Positions 21,549-31,745 of a stretch of 64,000 bases of DNA are shown piece after piece (positions within the stretch are counted from its first letter, which is position 1; each line of letters opens with the position of its first letter). A program made the translations under genes and the position numbers. The stretch is from a virus (lineage: Duplodnaviria > Heunggongvirae > Uroviricota > Caudoviricetes), in IMG/VR virus record IMGVR_UViG_2703718869_000013, positions 1-64,000 of that record. One strand, 5' to 3'. The notes under the pieces were generated by a model that saw only the letters and a list, made by a program, of their open reading frames with translations, was not told the DNA's origin and did no database searches.

Positions 21549-24500
21549 ATACCCAAAACGTCATGAGCTACACCTCGAGTGTCCCCCTTACAAGACACAG
21601 AACGTCTGGCAAAAAGAGGTTCCACTCTGAAGCCACTGTCATGATAAAGCTCTCTGATGTTTGGCGCGCCACTGTTAGTAATGAGAACCTTTGCACCTCG
21701 ACGATGAGCATCCGTCAACAGAGACACCAGGCGTTTTTGCTCTTCAAACTTAAAGTCATGACCGGAATAGTTCGTGAATCCCTCTGTATTTGGAAGCGGT
21801 TCATACGGCGGATCGCAAAAGATGACATCTCCTTCTCCGGCAGCTTCAATCACCGCTGCAAAATCACCGCATACAAACTCAGACCGCCCTTCCGCACCGA
21901 GGAAGGCTTCCATCTCCTGTAATGGGAAATACGGAGTTTTATACTTCCCATAACCGACATTGAACTCACCGGCCTGGTTGTAACGCGTCAATCCGTTAAA
22001 ACAATGTCGGTTCAGGAACAAAAACGCCGCTGCGCGATGTAAATCATCATAGACTTGTTTGTTAAACGCATTCCGTACTGCCAGGTATCCTTCCTGTGTG
22101 TTGTAGTCCTGGAAGAAACGATGTGCCAGAGTGATAAGTGAATGCGCCTCGCGTTGCAGAGTCTTGTAAAAGTTAATCAGGTCAGCATTCACATCATTTA
22201 GCAGATTTTCCTGGTATCCGGCATTCATGAAGACAGCTCCGCCACCAACGAAAGGTTCAATCAGGCGCTTCCCTTCTGGCAAATAGCGAAAGATTTGTTC
22301 CAGAACACCAAATTTTCCACCAGCCCATTTGAATATGGACCGTTCGAATTCTGCCGCTGGTTTAACTTTTCGCTCTTTTGTTTCACTTCCTTCTTTCTGC
22401 CGACATACGGCCTTAGTAATCCGATCGCCAATCCAGCGCATTACTGGTATTGCCATACTATTGCCGATCGCTTTGTAACGCGGTCCGTCAGCTGCAAGCA
22501 TTGCGGCCTCTTCTTCGCTTAAATCTGGATAGTGATTGTGCAGATATGCCAGTTCATCTGAATTAACTTTTTTACGCTTTTCCGTAGGGATCAACGTATG
22601 CCAATCAGGAAAACCTTGCAGCCTTTCACATTCGACAGGGGTAAGACGGCGCATTCTACCGTCGCCGAGCAATACAATTGGTGCTTCATGGTTACATGTC
22701 AAAGTTGGTGCCGAATTATCGGTTTTTATCTCAGCCCCTCCTTGCCCATGTGCCATGGCAATTATGTTTGTATCATCGCAAGTTCTGATAGCGATGTTTG
22801 AAGTATATCTGGTAGTTTCCTTCCCCTCGCCTCTGCTCGGCGCAATATTCCGGCGCACGCCTTCGAACTCAAAAAGTACCGTTGCGGGATCGAGATCTGT
22901 TCGAGCACTTGCGACAACAAACACGCGTCGGCGTCGTTGTGCCACTCCGAAGTATTGGGCATCAAGGATTCTCCAGGCCACTTTTCGCTGCGGTCCATAA
23001 ATACAACCACACTGCGGCCACTTTGGAACATGGCAACCGGTTTTGCCATCCCACCGCCAGAACGCGTTGCTTTTTCCTGATTCAGGTCGATCACCTGGTT
23101 CAAATGGCACATCTTCTCCAGCCAATCCGGCAAGGAAACATCCGAAGGCGTTATCTGCCGATGACAAGACTCCTGGGACATTTTCCCAGACGATAACGGC
23201 TGGTTTGAGAAATGACTCAGCCCGTTTGTCGTCAATTGCATTTGCAAGCTCCACATACTTTAAAGTTAGCGCGCCACGCTCATCATCAAGCCCACCACGT
23301 AATCCCGCGATACTGAATGCCTGACAGTTATGGACCACCGCACCATTGAGGATATAGGAATGATCACCTTCGACTTCTATGTTGTATACAGTATCTAGGC
23401 CTACCGATTTAAACTCTTTGACTGTTCGTAAAAGCATTCCATGAGCCAATCTTGATTTACGTGACAATTTCTGCGGGCAGATTGTTACCTGATAATAATT
23501 CCGTTGATTTACCACGCGATCCTCGATCACTTTTTTGGGCTCAACTTCAATAAAGCTGACCGAAGAAACATAACCACAAGTCTGTGACAACCCCGCAACG
23601 CCCCAAGCAAGCGCAGAACTAACACTATTAATTCTAAATCCCGCTTTACCACTTGGTGTCCCATCAGTATCAAGATAGCCTTGTAAAAACACATGACGCA
23701 ATGGATGCGACATCACCCATGCAGGGATACGCTTAGCATGGCTTAACTCGCCAAAATGTTCATTAAGCCAATTGGCATAACACGTATCATTCAAGGTTAC
23801 TTTGATGCTCCCTCGGATTTCGCTTGCCACGGAAAATATGTTTTCTGGTATGCGGCAATGAAACTTTCTCAATTTCTGGCAATTTATGCCAAAAACAACC
23901 GCCTTCTTAGATTTACCTCTCCATCTCCTAATATATCCATCGCCAACATAAGCGCCCGCAAGATACATAGCCTGTTCTTCAGACAAGAACCGAGAACAAA
24001 TATCTGGAAATGCAATATTGAAATTAGTTAGAGCGCACCATTGATATCCCGGCATATCACATGCTGCTCGCCATTCCGGTTCAGACAACAACTCTCTCTT
24101 AAAATATGTGCCATTTTTCCGGGTGTTTTGGGCTTTCCACCGAACAGCCAGGAAGGGATGGTCATTGGTTGTTCTTATACCTAAAGGCTGCCCAACGGCA
24201 TTAAGTAACCCCGTATTAGCTATTTTTGAACCAACTCTTTTTACTTGTTGTAACCGCCCGAGATGACTGACTACGTAATCACCAGGGCAAACATTTTCTA
24301 TTGGTTTATAGCCATTTTTACAAAGAACCATATGCCCCGCGGTAAAACATGGTGTTCCCCCGACGAGCACGTCAGGGGATTCGATTTCCCCAGCCAAGAC
24401 TTTTTTGGCAAGTTTTTTCATGTCGCCAAGGTTGGCAACATGGGGCCAGCGGAGCGCAAGAACGGCCGATGGAAAAGGCTCGATTTCAGCAAACCACGCC

Positions 24501-24580
24501 GGACGCATACCCAACGGTTCCCAGGCAATACTCGCGGCTTCAATTCCACTGCAAACAGATCCATAGCACAGCTCTTTCAC
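21539..24580 (-). CDS. dmt: bifunctional DNA methyltransferase: N-terminal C5-cytosine MTase (intein-interrupted) and C-terminal Dam-like N6-adenine MTase
   Basis: C5 motifs GGTP|...|CQAFSIAG and ENVPG; Dam motifs [19 protein letters not shown]; 1013 aa. Confidence 0.8.
23327..24349 (-). other. intein (341 aa) with LAGLIDADG homing-endonuclease domain inside dmt
   Basis: begins CFTAGHMV, ends VVHN followed by Cys; [11 protein letters not shown] and [11 protein letters not shown] motifs; splits the GGPPCQ catalytic motif. Confidence 0.65.
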
Positions 24581-25482
24581 TGCTTAGCCTCTCCGCCAAG
24601 GGCATTTACCAGAGCATCAACCAGGCACGAAATTTCACTGGTCAACAGGAAGAAATCTGCGTCCAGTCGCTGCGCAACATCTTCACTATCAATATCAGAG
24701 TTCTGCTCAAGCAATTCATCCGCAAATTTGACGCTGGTAAGGCTGAAGTTATGGTCCAGTGTAAATTTAATGCGGTTCTGCCAGTCGAGTGCCAACTTAG
24801 TGACGAGCTTGCCAGCTTCCAGGTGTGTGGAAATTTCATCGCTTCCCAAATCCTGCTTTTTCACTCGGGCAATACCGCCATCCTCAAGCACTGCCTTAAG
24901 TTCTGCCGCATCCCCCATTTGAAATCCCTGTGGAGCACTACCATCACGTACCCAGTCGGTCAGCGTTAATTCAATGGGATTTTCAACACTCAGGGGAACA
25001 GCAGGAAGAGAACCCAGAGACTTACGCATAAGCGCGAGCATATCCTCTGCCTGCCGCGCGCTGGCATTGATATAGATACGTTTAGTTGAACCGTCGTAGA
25101 TCGCCTGGATAACAGAAAACTTTGAAAAAGCCCGTGGCAGAAGAGAATGCAGAACTTCGTCTTTCAGGGAGTCCTTCTCTGTTTTCTTCAGTTTACGCGC
25201 TTGTTCTTGCTCAAGTTTTTCAATTTTTTCTTGAATAGCTCGCTGGATAACCGGCGGGGGAAGAATTTTTGTTTCGCGCTTTGCTTCAACAAGGATAAAA
25301 CCATTTCCATGCATAGCGATAACTTCAGAATTATCACCAAATGGCGATACAAAACCGAACTTGGCCATATCCTGACTACCGCATGGCGTGAAAAGGATCA
25401 TTTTCTTTTTATCTTCTAAGTCGGTCAGATCCGCCTCACGAGAAAGTTTATAAATAGTAATGTTTTTCCAGTGCTTAAACAT
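24577..25482 (-). CDS. hrdC: recombination-associated protein RdgC homolog
   Basis: near-colinear match to RdgC as recalled ([37 protein letters not shown]); start set at MFKHW, track ORF extends to 25596. Confidence 0.75.
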   Translation of the reverse strand: MFKHWKNITIYKLSREADLTDLEDKKKMILFTPCGSQDMAKFGFVSPFGDNSEVIAMHGNGFILVEAKRETKILPPPVIQRAIQEKIEKLEQEQARKLKKTEKDSLKDEVLHSLLPRAFSKFSVIQAIYDGSTKRIYINASARQAEDMLALMRKSLGSLPAVPLSVENPIELTLTDWVRDGSAPQGFQMGDAAELKAVLEDGGIARVKKQDLGSDEISTHLEAGKLVTKLALDWQNRIKFTLDHNFSLTSVKFADELLEQNSDIDSEDVAQRLDADFFLLTSEISCLVDALVNALGGEAKQ

Positions 25483-25822
25483 GTTGTAACCCTTGAATAT
25501 CAACCACAGAAAGCTCGTCTTTGTAGAAAAAGGCCAGGTTGTGGCACCCCCTCGTTTGAGCGTATGAGCTGGGACCAATTTCGTTCTTCCAGACAAATGG
25601 CTTCAAATCCGTACGGCGAAGCATAAAAACGCGATTTATTCCGCTCTGATTCCCAATGAGGCAAAAGCCTTCTTTCACCTTGATAGCCTGCAAGTTGTCG
25701 AGTTCACCGCTGGTTACACGGCTATCGAACTCTTTGCGGCTTATTAGCTCCATCTGCATCTGACGACTCCAAACAAATGCCCATTGAAGGGCGATGGCTG
25801 AATGGTACCGAAAATACGACAT
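25475..25822 (-). CDS. uhr: hypothetical protein upstream of hrdC
   Basis: ATG at 25822; position matches P1 uhr. Confidence 0.4.
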   Translation of the reverse strand: MSYFRYHSAIALQWAFVWSRQMQMELISRKEFDSRVTSGELDNLQAIKVKEGFCLIGNQSGINRVFMLRRTDLKPFVWKNEIGPSSYAQTRGCHNLAFFYKDELSVVDIQGLQHV

Positions 25823-25830
25823 AAAAAACA

Positions 25831-25847
25831 ATATTTATTAGAGCAAT
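25831..25847 (-). promoter_or_regulatory. C1-type operator (16/17) just upstream of uhr
   Basis: atatttattagagcaat. Confidence 0.55.
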
Positions 25848-25928
25848 TTTGCGATAAGTAAACGCCATACAGACCACAAATAACCTAAGTTAAAATAACG
25901 AAAATCAGAGCAAATAATTGGTGATGGC

Positions 25929-26213
25929 GTGGCAAGCATTGCAACAAAAGACAGCATTTGTTCGGGGCACGGAGGATTCCCATCCAGGCCTCCTGTAGAG
26001 AGTGAACCACTACTTAAAGTCAACGGAGTCGAAGTGTTAGTTGATGGTAAGCAATATGCACAGCATACCGATGGAAACAGTACGCACGGTGGGCAAGCTA
26101 TATCAACCAGGGCATGGTTTACCGTCAATGGTAAAGGGATCGTATGCGTTGGTGACCCTGTTTCATGCGGATCTACCGTAGCGTCCGGAGACGGCCTGGT
26201 TCAGGTAAGTTAG
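25929..26213 (+). CDS. PAAR-like domain protein (94 aa)
   Basis: CSGHGG, THGG and GDPVSCGSTV repeats reminiscent of PAAR spike-tip proteins. Confidence 0.4.
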   Translation: MASIATKDSICSGHGGFPSRPPVESEPLLKVNGVEVLVDGKQYAQHTDGNSTHGGQAISTRAWFTVNGKGIVCVGDPVSCGSTVASGDGLVQVS

Positions 26214-26221
26214 GAGATATC

Positions 26222-27010
26222 ATGCTGGAAAAAGACTACCAGTTATCCGCATATAAAAAATTGGCCGCCGCCGGTGGGATGAAAACACCTGGTGCCATAA
26301 CATCGGCACGAAACAGTGCTAACACAGCAAAACTGCTTGCAGAAGAATTGACCGGATTAATTCTGGATACAATTGTCTATCCCGACACTATTACCAGCTA
26401 TGTTTCAACGATCAGAACAACCACAACCGGCTTAACGAACATTGGAGAACTGGCAACTAAGCACGCGGACCTGTTGGCTGGTTATGCAGATCTGTCAATG
26501 CTGCTTCAACTCGATATTGGTTGGGATGTTTACTGCCGTGCTAATGAGCGAGAAGTTTCAGAACTGCCGATCTCTATTGCCATTGGTGATGTGAATATTA
26601 CTAAATCGCTTGAGGACGCTGTTAACGCGCTTAATACATCAAGTTTAGTCGCTGCAATGGGGGAGATTAACCAGGCCCTTAACACTGGCTCAGAAAGCTC
26701 GTCAGGCTCTGGTTCAGGCGGCGGCACTGCCACTCCCCCACCAGCACTAACAGAAGAGCAAATTGAATCTCTGAAAGTAGCAACTGAACAGTTTGGGGTT
26801 GTTTTCAACCAGACAACAGCACCCACAACTGCGTTACAACAGCAGTATGAACGAGCGAATGAAAGCGCCAACGTAGCCATAACTGCTTATAACCATGCTA
26901 TCGGTACCGCGCTTGCGGAAGCATCAGCAAATAAGGCCAGCACAGCCAGCGCAGTCGCCGCTTTGGTTCCTGATTCTGTTCTTGATGAATTAAACAAAGC
27001 GGCACGGTAA
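26222..27010 (+). CDS. hypothetical protein with Gly/Ser-rich linker (262 aa from ATG at 26222)
   Basis: AGGAG 5 nt upstream of ATG at 26222; track ORF begins earlier at 26165. Confidence 0.45.
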   Translation: MLEKDYQLSAYKKLAAAGGMKTPGAITSARNSANTAKLLAEELTGLILDTIVYPDTITSYVSTIRTTTTGLTNIGELATKHADLLAGYADLSMLLQLDIGWDVYCRANEREVSELPISIAIGDVNITKSLEDAVNALNTSSLVAAMGEINQALNTGSESSSGSGSGGGTATPPPALTEEQIESLKVATEQFGVVFNQTTAPTTALQQQYERANESANVAITAYNHAIGTALAEASANKASTASAVAALVPDSVLDELNKAAR

Positions 27011-27049
27011 CAAAGGACTTCATTGATAATTTTTCTTCAGGAGGAAGAC

Positions 27050-27472
27050 ATGTCATTCTTTTCTACGTTAAAAACAGCTTTGTCTTTGAAGGAGAAACTT
27101 GCTGCTACTGGTGTTCTTGTTCTGATTTGCGCACTTGTTGGTGCTGGGTTTGCATGGGAACGTCATCAGCTAAAGCAAGCCATGGAGAAAATTGGCAGTC
27201 TTGATCAGGCTGTTAAGGAACGTGATAAGTCAATAATGGATCTTAACCAGACCATTGAGACGATGAACAAAGCAGAGCAACATTTTCACAGCCAGGAAGT
27301 GAAAAATGAATCAGAACAAGCCAAATATGCTGACAGGCAAATGGAACGAAAAGCTGAAGTTCAGAAACAACTGGTTGCGGCGGGTAATGTTCGCCAGCGC
27401 ATTCCTGCTGACACTCAGCGGTTGCTCCGGGAGTCGATCAGCGAATTTAACGCCGACGCCGACAAAGGTTAA
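27050..27472 (+). CDS. i-spanin-like protein (Rz-like type II membrane protein)
   Basis: N-terminal TM helix then charged coiled-coil periplasmic domain; AGGAGGA RBS. Confidence 0.5.
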   Translation: MSFFSTLKTALSLKEKLAATGVLVLICALVGAGFAWERHQLKQAMEKIGSLDQAVKERDKSIMDLNQTIETMNKAEQHFHSQEVKNESEQAKYADRQMERKAEVQKQLVAAGNVRQRIPADTQRLLRESISEFNADADKG

Positions 27473-27638
27473 CCACCCTGCCCCCAAAAGTGCGTTTATG
27501 TGCAGGATGCCAGAGTTTAGCAGTGAATATTTTGATGATCTGCCAGCGTATATCCTCGATACAGAAACGATGCTGATGGGGATTAACAGGAAGAATCGCA
27601 ACGTTAATGATTACAACCGCGCTATCAGCGGTAACTAA
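27387..27638 (+). CDS. o-spanin-like outer-membrane lipoprotein (Rz1-like), overlapping the i-spanin in another frame
   Basis: signal peptide with LSGC lipobox; overlaps 27387..27472 of the upstream gene. Confidence 0.45.
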   Translation: MFASAFLLTLSGCSGSRSANLTPTPTKVNHPAPKSAFMCRMPEFSSEYFDDLPAYILDTETMLMGINRKNRNVNDYNRAISGN

Positions 27639-27649
27639 AAGGGATTTTT

Positions 27650-28042
27650 ATGTCTGATAAAGTAACAGTAAAGCAAACTATCAACAAAGCGACTTCAATC
27701 TACAAAATTGAGCAAATCACTGTTGGCAAGCCAGGATCTGAACAATACCGTCGTGCTTTCGAGCTTGCCGATCAGCTTGGTTTAAAACACCCGGATTGCA
27801 TTGAGCATGTATTTCCGACCTATGCTGATGAGCAATGTACTCATGTTCTTACCGAAGAGGATTTTTTCAGCACTGAAGAACGAGAAGGCGTTGATCGCTG
27901 TATTGGTGTGATTTGCTCTTCAGTGAGTTATGAGTTATTCCCTAATGTCCATGAAGATGGTGGTATTGGATACCAATTCCTGTACGAAGGCGATGAGCTT
28001 AAATGTTATGAACATGGTCTTCTCATCGAAAGCGTAGAATAA
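27650..28042 (+). CDS. hypothetical protein (130 aa)
   Basis: ORF track; position of P1 upfA. Confidence 0.4.
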   Translation: MSDKVTVKQTINKATSIYKIEQITVGKPGSEQYRRAFELADQLGLKHPDCIEHVFPTYADEQCTHVLTEEDFFSTEEREGVDRCIGVICSSVSYELFPNVHEDGGIGYQFLYEGDELKCYEHGLLIESVE

Positions 28043-28086
28043 TATGACTTCCTTCCAACCGGCTTTGTTGGCCGGTTTATTCAACT

Positions 28087-28158
28087 TATCCACAGCATAG
28101 ACCCAATAAACAGATCCTAAAGAGAACCTTGTAAGATCCAAAGAAGATCCCGGATCGC
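28087..28158. promoter_or_regulatory. origin-associated DnaA box and cluster of four GATC sites
   Basis: ttatccaca at 28087..28095; agatcc/ggatcg repeats 28113..28158. Confidence 0.55.
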
Positions 28159-28197
28159 TGTAGGCCGCGTCATTTCTGGCCTGAAATGAGATCAACA

Positions 28198-28303
28198 TTG
28201 ACTATACGCGATTTTATGTTGACTGTGCACGATTTATTGTTGACTGCACGCGATTTATTGTTGACTATACGCGACAGAAACATTGACTGTACGCGATTTT
28301 AGA
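28198..28303 (+). repeat. five direct 21-22-bp iterons upstream of repA (incC/ori-like)
   Basis: ttgactatacgcgattttatg and four variants in tandem. Confidence 0.75.
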
Positions 28304-28377
28304 GTCTGAATATTCACAGCTGTTGATAACAGCCATCCAAATTGACGTCAGGCCGCGCCACACATGGAGAAACCACG

Positions 28378-29262
28378 ATGCCGGAAGAAAGTAAAGGCTT
28401 CCTTAGCGTTGAAGAAGTTGCAGGAAATACAGGAGAAATCCACAGCCTGAAGCCCAATAACAACAGCACTATACAACCCATCGCTTTGTTGCGTTTAGGT
28501 GTGTTTGTGCCAACCTTAAAATCTACCAATGTGGCGCTACGTCGCGGATCGTCAGTTACAACAAACACAACGAACGCAACCGAAGAACTATCAAGCCTCA
28601 AAATTGTTGAGCAGGAAGGCTATGAGGGAATTGAAATTCATGGTCCACGCCTGGATATGGATACTGATTTTAAGGTGTGGGTGGGCATAACCTCCGCGTT
28701 GTTTGACTACGCACCTGATGATGACGGTATCATCACCCTGCCATTCTCCGAGTTTGCCGATCGATGCGGCTATCCACGTAAGCGCCTTTCAAAGGCGTTC
28801 CGTAAAAGTATTGATGACTCTCTGACACGCATTCAGCAGACAGTTGTCAAATTCCGCTTCCCGGCGGCAAAAGGTCATCTCAATAACATTAACGTCAACT
28901 TGTTGGCATATAGCAGCCTGAATACCGAGCTTGATGTTATTGAGATCCAGCCGCAGAAACAGCTATCTGAACTTTACTATGTTGACTATAAGCGAATCCT
29001 GAAGCTGAAGATGCTGGATAAGCTCGGGCGCAAAGAGACGGCCAAGGTACTGTATACATTCTTTGAGGCTCTACCCGCCAACCCTGCACCTGTCAGCATT
29101 GAGCGCCTTAGAGCGAGGCTTAATCTCAAATCATCCGTTAGCGTGCAAAATAGCGTTATCAGAAAAGCCATGAAAGATTTGGAATCTATTGAATATCTTA
29201 AATTTTCAGAGATAAAAAACGGCAGGAAAATCGGCTTCCAGATCCATAAGCGCAATCCATAA
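28378..29262 (+). CDS. repA: plasmid replication initiator RepA (P1 RepA family)
   Basis: IQPIALLRLGVFVP and GPRLDMDTDFKVW regions as in P1 RepA as recalled; flanked by iterons; ATG at 28378, alternative TTG at 28342. Confidence 0.75.
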   Translation: MPEESKGFLSVEEVAGNTGEIHSLKPNNNSTIQPIALLRLGVFVPTLKSTNVALRRGSSVTTNTTNATEELSSLKIVEQEGYEGIEIHGPRLDMDTDFKVWVGITSALFDYAPDDDGIITLPFSEFADRCGYPRKRLSKAFRKSIDDSLTRIQQTVVKFRFPAAKGHLNNINVNLLAYSSLNTELDVIEIQPQKQLSELYYVDYKRILKLKMLDKLGRKETAKVLYTFFEALPANPAPVSIERLRARLNLKSSVSVQNSVIRKAMKDLESIEYLKFSEIKNGRKIGFQIHKRNP

Positions 29263-29264
29263 TA

Positions 29265-29520
29265 TTGACTATATGCGATAGCGAGAAGTTGACTATAGGC
29301 GACATTCGTTGACGCTGGTGGATTTTTGCTGGCGTCAATATTCTGCAAGTCGCTATTGAGATGGCTTTTAGGGTCATTTCATCGCGTATAGTCAACGTTT
29401 CTCCCGACAATATCTTACATAGTCGATCTTTGGTGGAGTTAAATCGACTACAGTCAACTTTTGACTGTAGTCACATCGCGCATAGTCAACTATTCACATT
29501 AACCTTCGCGCATAGTCAAC
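29265..29520. repeat. downstream iteron cluster in both orientations (incA-like copy-control array)
   Basis: multiple ttgactatatgcga and gcgcatagtcaa copies. Confidence 0.7.
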
Positions 29521-29554
29521 ATTTGCGCGGTTCTCATCAAGCAGTGGTATTGAT

Positions 29555-29890
29555 ATGCAAGAAGAGAAACAACACTACCTCTACGTTCTGGTGCCAGAGA
29601 ACGGAGATACTTTTAAAATCGGCATTTCATGTGGTCCATTGGCACGGTTTAAAGGGCTACAAGTGAGTCCCGATTTTGCGCTTTCACGGGTCTATCGTGG
29701 TACGCGTTTGGCAATGGTTAATCTTGAGCGGGCTTTACACGCAACCTTTTTCCCTTGGAATGCGCCGTGGGAGAAAAGCGCCGGTGGCGGGCATACTGAA
29801 TGGTTTACACGAGAGTGTCTTGATAAGGTTTTGGCTCATATCGAATATCTAAATGATATGTGGGGAGGGATTCTCGAGCGCATTAAGTAG
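29555..29890 (+). CDS. GIY-YIG nuclease-like small protein (111 aa)
   Basis: YLYVLVPENGDTFKIGIS resembles GIY-(10 aa)-YIG spacing. Confidence 0.35.
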   Translation: MQEEKQHYLYVLVPENGDTFKIGISCGPLARFKGLQVSPDFALSRVYRGTRLAMVNLERALHATFFPWNAPWEKSAGGGHTEWFTRECLDKVLAHIEYLNDMWGGILERIK

Positions 29891-29959
29891 AATGATTTAC
29901 TTCAGCGTCCAGTAGATGCTGCTCGCTCTTTCGAAAAAGAACTGGATGTTACTTCTATC

Positions 29960-30364
29960 GTGACTTTCAAAGATGACGCAGGAATGAGGGACGTGGCTTA
30001 TGTCTCCATATCTGGCTATGAACCGGACGCGATCCGCGCTCAATGTGAATTGCTGAAAGCAATGTTTATGCTTCGGACTAAATATCCCTGGGAGACAGGG
30101 CGGGTGTGCTTCCCTATGGAAGAGTTAACCGCCACCATTGATTCTCAGCTTTACCACGATAATCCAGAGAAGTTTTTTAGCCTTTTAGCCGGTAATGGGC
30201 TTAACTGTGTGTCCGGGCTGGGGCGAAGTAGAATCCAACATGCCTCGCTCTTCGGTCCCTTCTTTTACGATCGACACGGGTACTTTGAGGCTGAACTTCC
30301 GGCGCTTACGCGTGCTATAGATACTATCGATTTCGAACGATTATTCGCTGCTCTTAGCAAATAA
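29960..30364 (+). CDS. hypothetical protein (134 aa)
   Basis: ORF track; followed by a strong terminator. Confidence 0.4.
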   Translation: MTFKDDAGMRDVAYVSISGYEPDAIRAQCELLKAMFMLRTKYPWETGRVCFPMEELTATIDSQLYHDNPEKFFSLLAGNGLNCVSGLGRSRIQHASLFGPFFYDRHGYFEAELPALTRAIDTIDFERLFAALSK

Positions 30365-30371
30365 CACTGAT

Positions 30372-30392
30372 GCCCCTGAACGGGGCTTTTTT
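30372..30392 (+). terminator. intrinsic terminator
   Basis: gcccc-tgaac-ggggc followed by tttttt. Confidence 0.6.
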
Positions 30393-30532
30393 GTGCCTTT
30401 CTTGTAACTCTCAATCGTGCAAAATGAACAAAACATGCAGAGAATGCCATGTACAAGCATCTACGCATACATTATTATTTTATGCAGCATTTTTAATTAA
30501 ATTCAAAAATACAGCATAAAGGATGACTTTCG

Positions 30533-31729
30533 ATGAGTGATTCCAGCCAGCTTCACAAGGTTGCTCAAAGAGCAAACAGAATGCTCAATGTTCTGACTGA
30601 ACAAGTACAGTTGCAAAAGGATGAGCTACACGCGAACGAGTTTTACCAGGTCTATGCGAAAGCGGCACTGGCAAAATTGCCTCTACTGACTCGAGCGAAC
30701 GTTGACTATGCCGTAAGTGAAATGGAAGAAAAGGGTTATGTTTTCGATAAACGCCCTGCTGGCTCTTCAATGAAATATGCGATGTCAATTCAGAACATCA
30801 TTGACATATATGAACATCGCGGAGTGCCAAAATACCGGGATCGCTACAGCGAAGCGTATGTGATTTTCATCTCCAATCTTAAAGGCGGTGTGTCAAAAAC
30901 TGTATCGACGGTTTCTCTGGCGCATGCAATGCGTGCTCACCCTCATCTTCTGATGGAAGATTTAAGGATTCTGGTTATTGACCTTGATCCGCAATCTTCA
31001 GCAACGATGTTTTTAAGCCATAAACACTCTATTGGTATCGTAAACGCAACATCTGCACAGGCTATGTTGCAGAATGTAAGCCGTGAAGAGCTGTTAGAGG
31101 AGTTTATTGTTCCTTCTGTTGTACCTGGGGTTGACGTTATGCCTGCGTCGATTGACGATGCCTTTATTGCATCCGATTGGAGAGAGCTGTGCAATGAGCA
31201 TCTACCGGGTCAGAACATCCATGCTGTCCTGAAAGAAAATGTGATTGATAAGCTGAAGAGCGATTATGACTTTATCCTCGTTGATAGTGGTCCTCACCTT
31301 GACGCCTTCCTGAAAAATGCTTTGGCCTCGGCCAATATACTGTTTACACCTCTGCCGCCAGCAACTGTCGATTTCCACTCATCGCTTAAATACGTTGCCC
31401 GCCTTCCTGAGTTGGTGAAACTCATTTCGGATGAAGGCTGCGAGTGCCAGCTTGCGACTAACATTGGTTTTATGTCCAAGTTGAGTAACAAGGCAGATCA
31501 TAAGTATTGCCATAGCCTGGCTAAAGAAGTGTTCGGTGGGGATATGCTCGATGTCGTCCTCCCTCGCCTTGACGGTTTTGAACGTTGCGGCGAGTCTTTT
31601 GACACTGTTATTTCAGCTAACCCGGCAACGTATGTTGGTAGTGCTGATGCATTGAAGAACGCGCGAATTGCCGCGGAAGATTTTGCTAAAGCAGTTTTTG
31701 ACCGTATTGAATTTATCAGATCTAACTGA
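30533..31729 (+). CDS. parA: plasmid partition ATPase ParA (P1 type)
   Basis: deviant Walker A KGGVSKT; N-terminus MSDSSQLHKVAQRANRMLNVL as recalled for P1 ParA; 398 aa. Confidence 0.9.
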   Translation: MSDSSQLHKVAQRANRMLNVLTEQVQLQKDELHANEFYQVYAKAALAKLPLLTRANVDYAVSEMEEKGYVFDKRPAGSSMKYAMSIQNIIDIYEHRGVPKYRDRYSEAYVIFISNLKGGVSKTVSTVSLAHAMRAHPHLLMEDLRILVIDLDPQSSATMFLSHKHSIGIVNATSAQAMLQNVSREELLEEFIVPSVVPGVDVMPASIDDAFIASDWRELCNEHLPGQNIHAVLKENVIDKLKSDYDFILVDSGPHLDAFLKNALASANILFTPLPPATVDFHSSLKYVARLPELVKLISDEGCECQLATNIGFMSKLSNKADHKYCHSLAKEVFGGDMLDVVLPRLDGFERCGESFDTVISANPATYVGSADALKNARIAAEDFAKAVFDRIEFIRSN

Positions 31730-31745
31730 GGAGTAAGAAACCCCC

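Noticed and set aside
28198-29520. Clusters of short direct repeats that could be mistaken for a CRISPR array
   Set aside because: Repeats are 21-22 bp iterons with little or no spacer, flank a RepA-family gene, and occur in both orientations downstream; no cas genes. Interpreted as replication and copy-control iterons.
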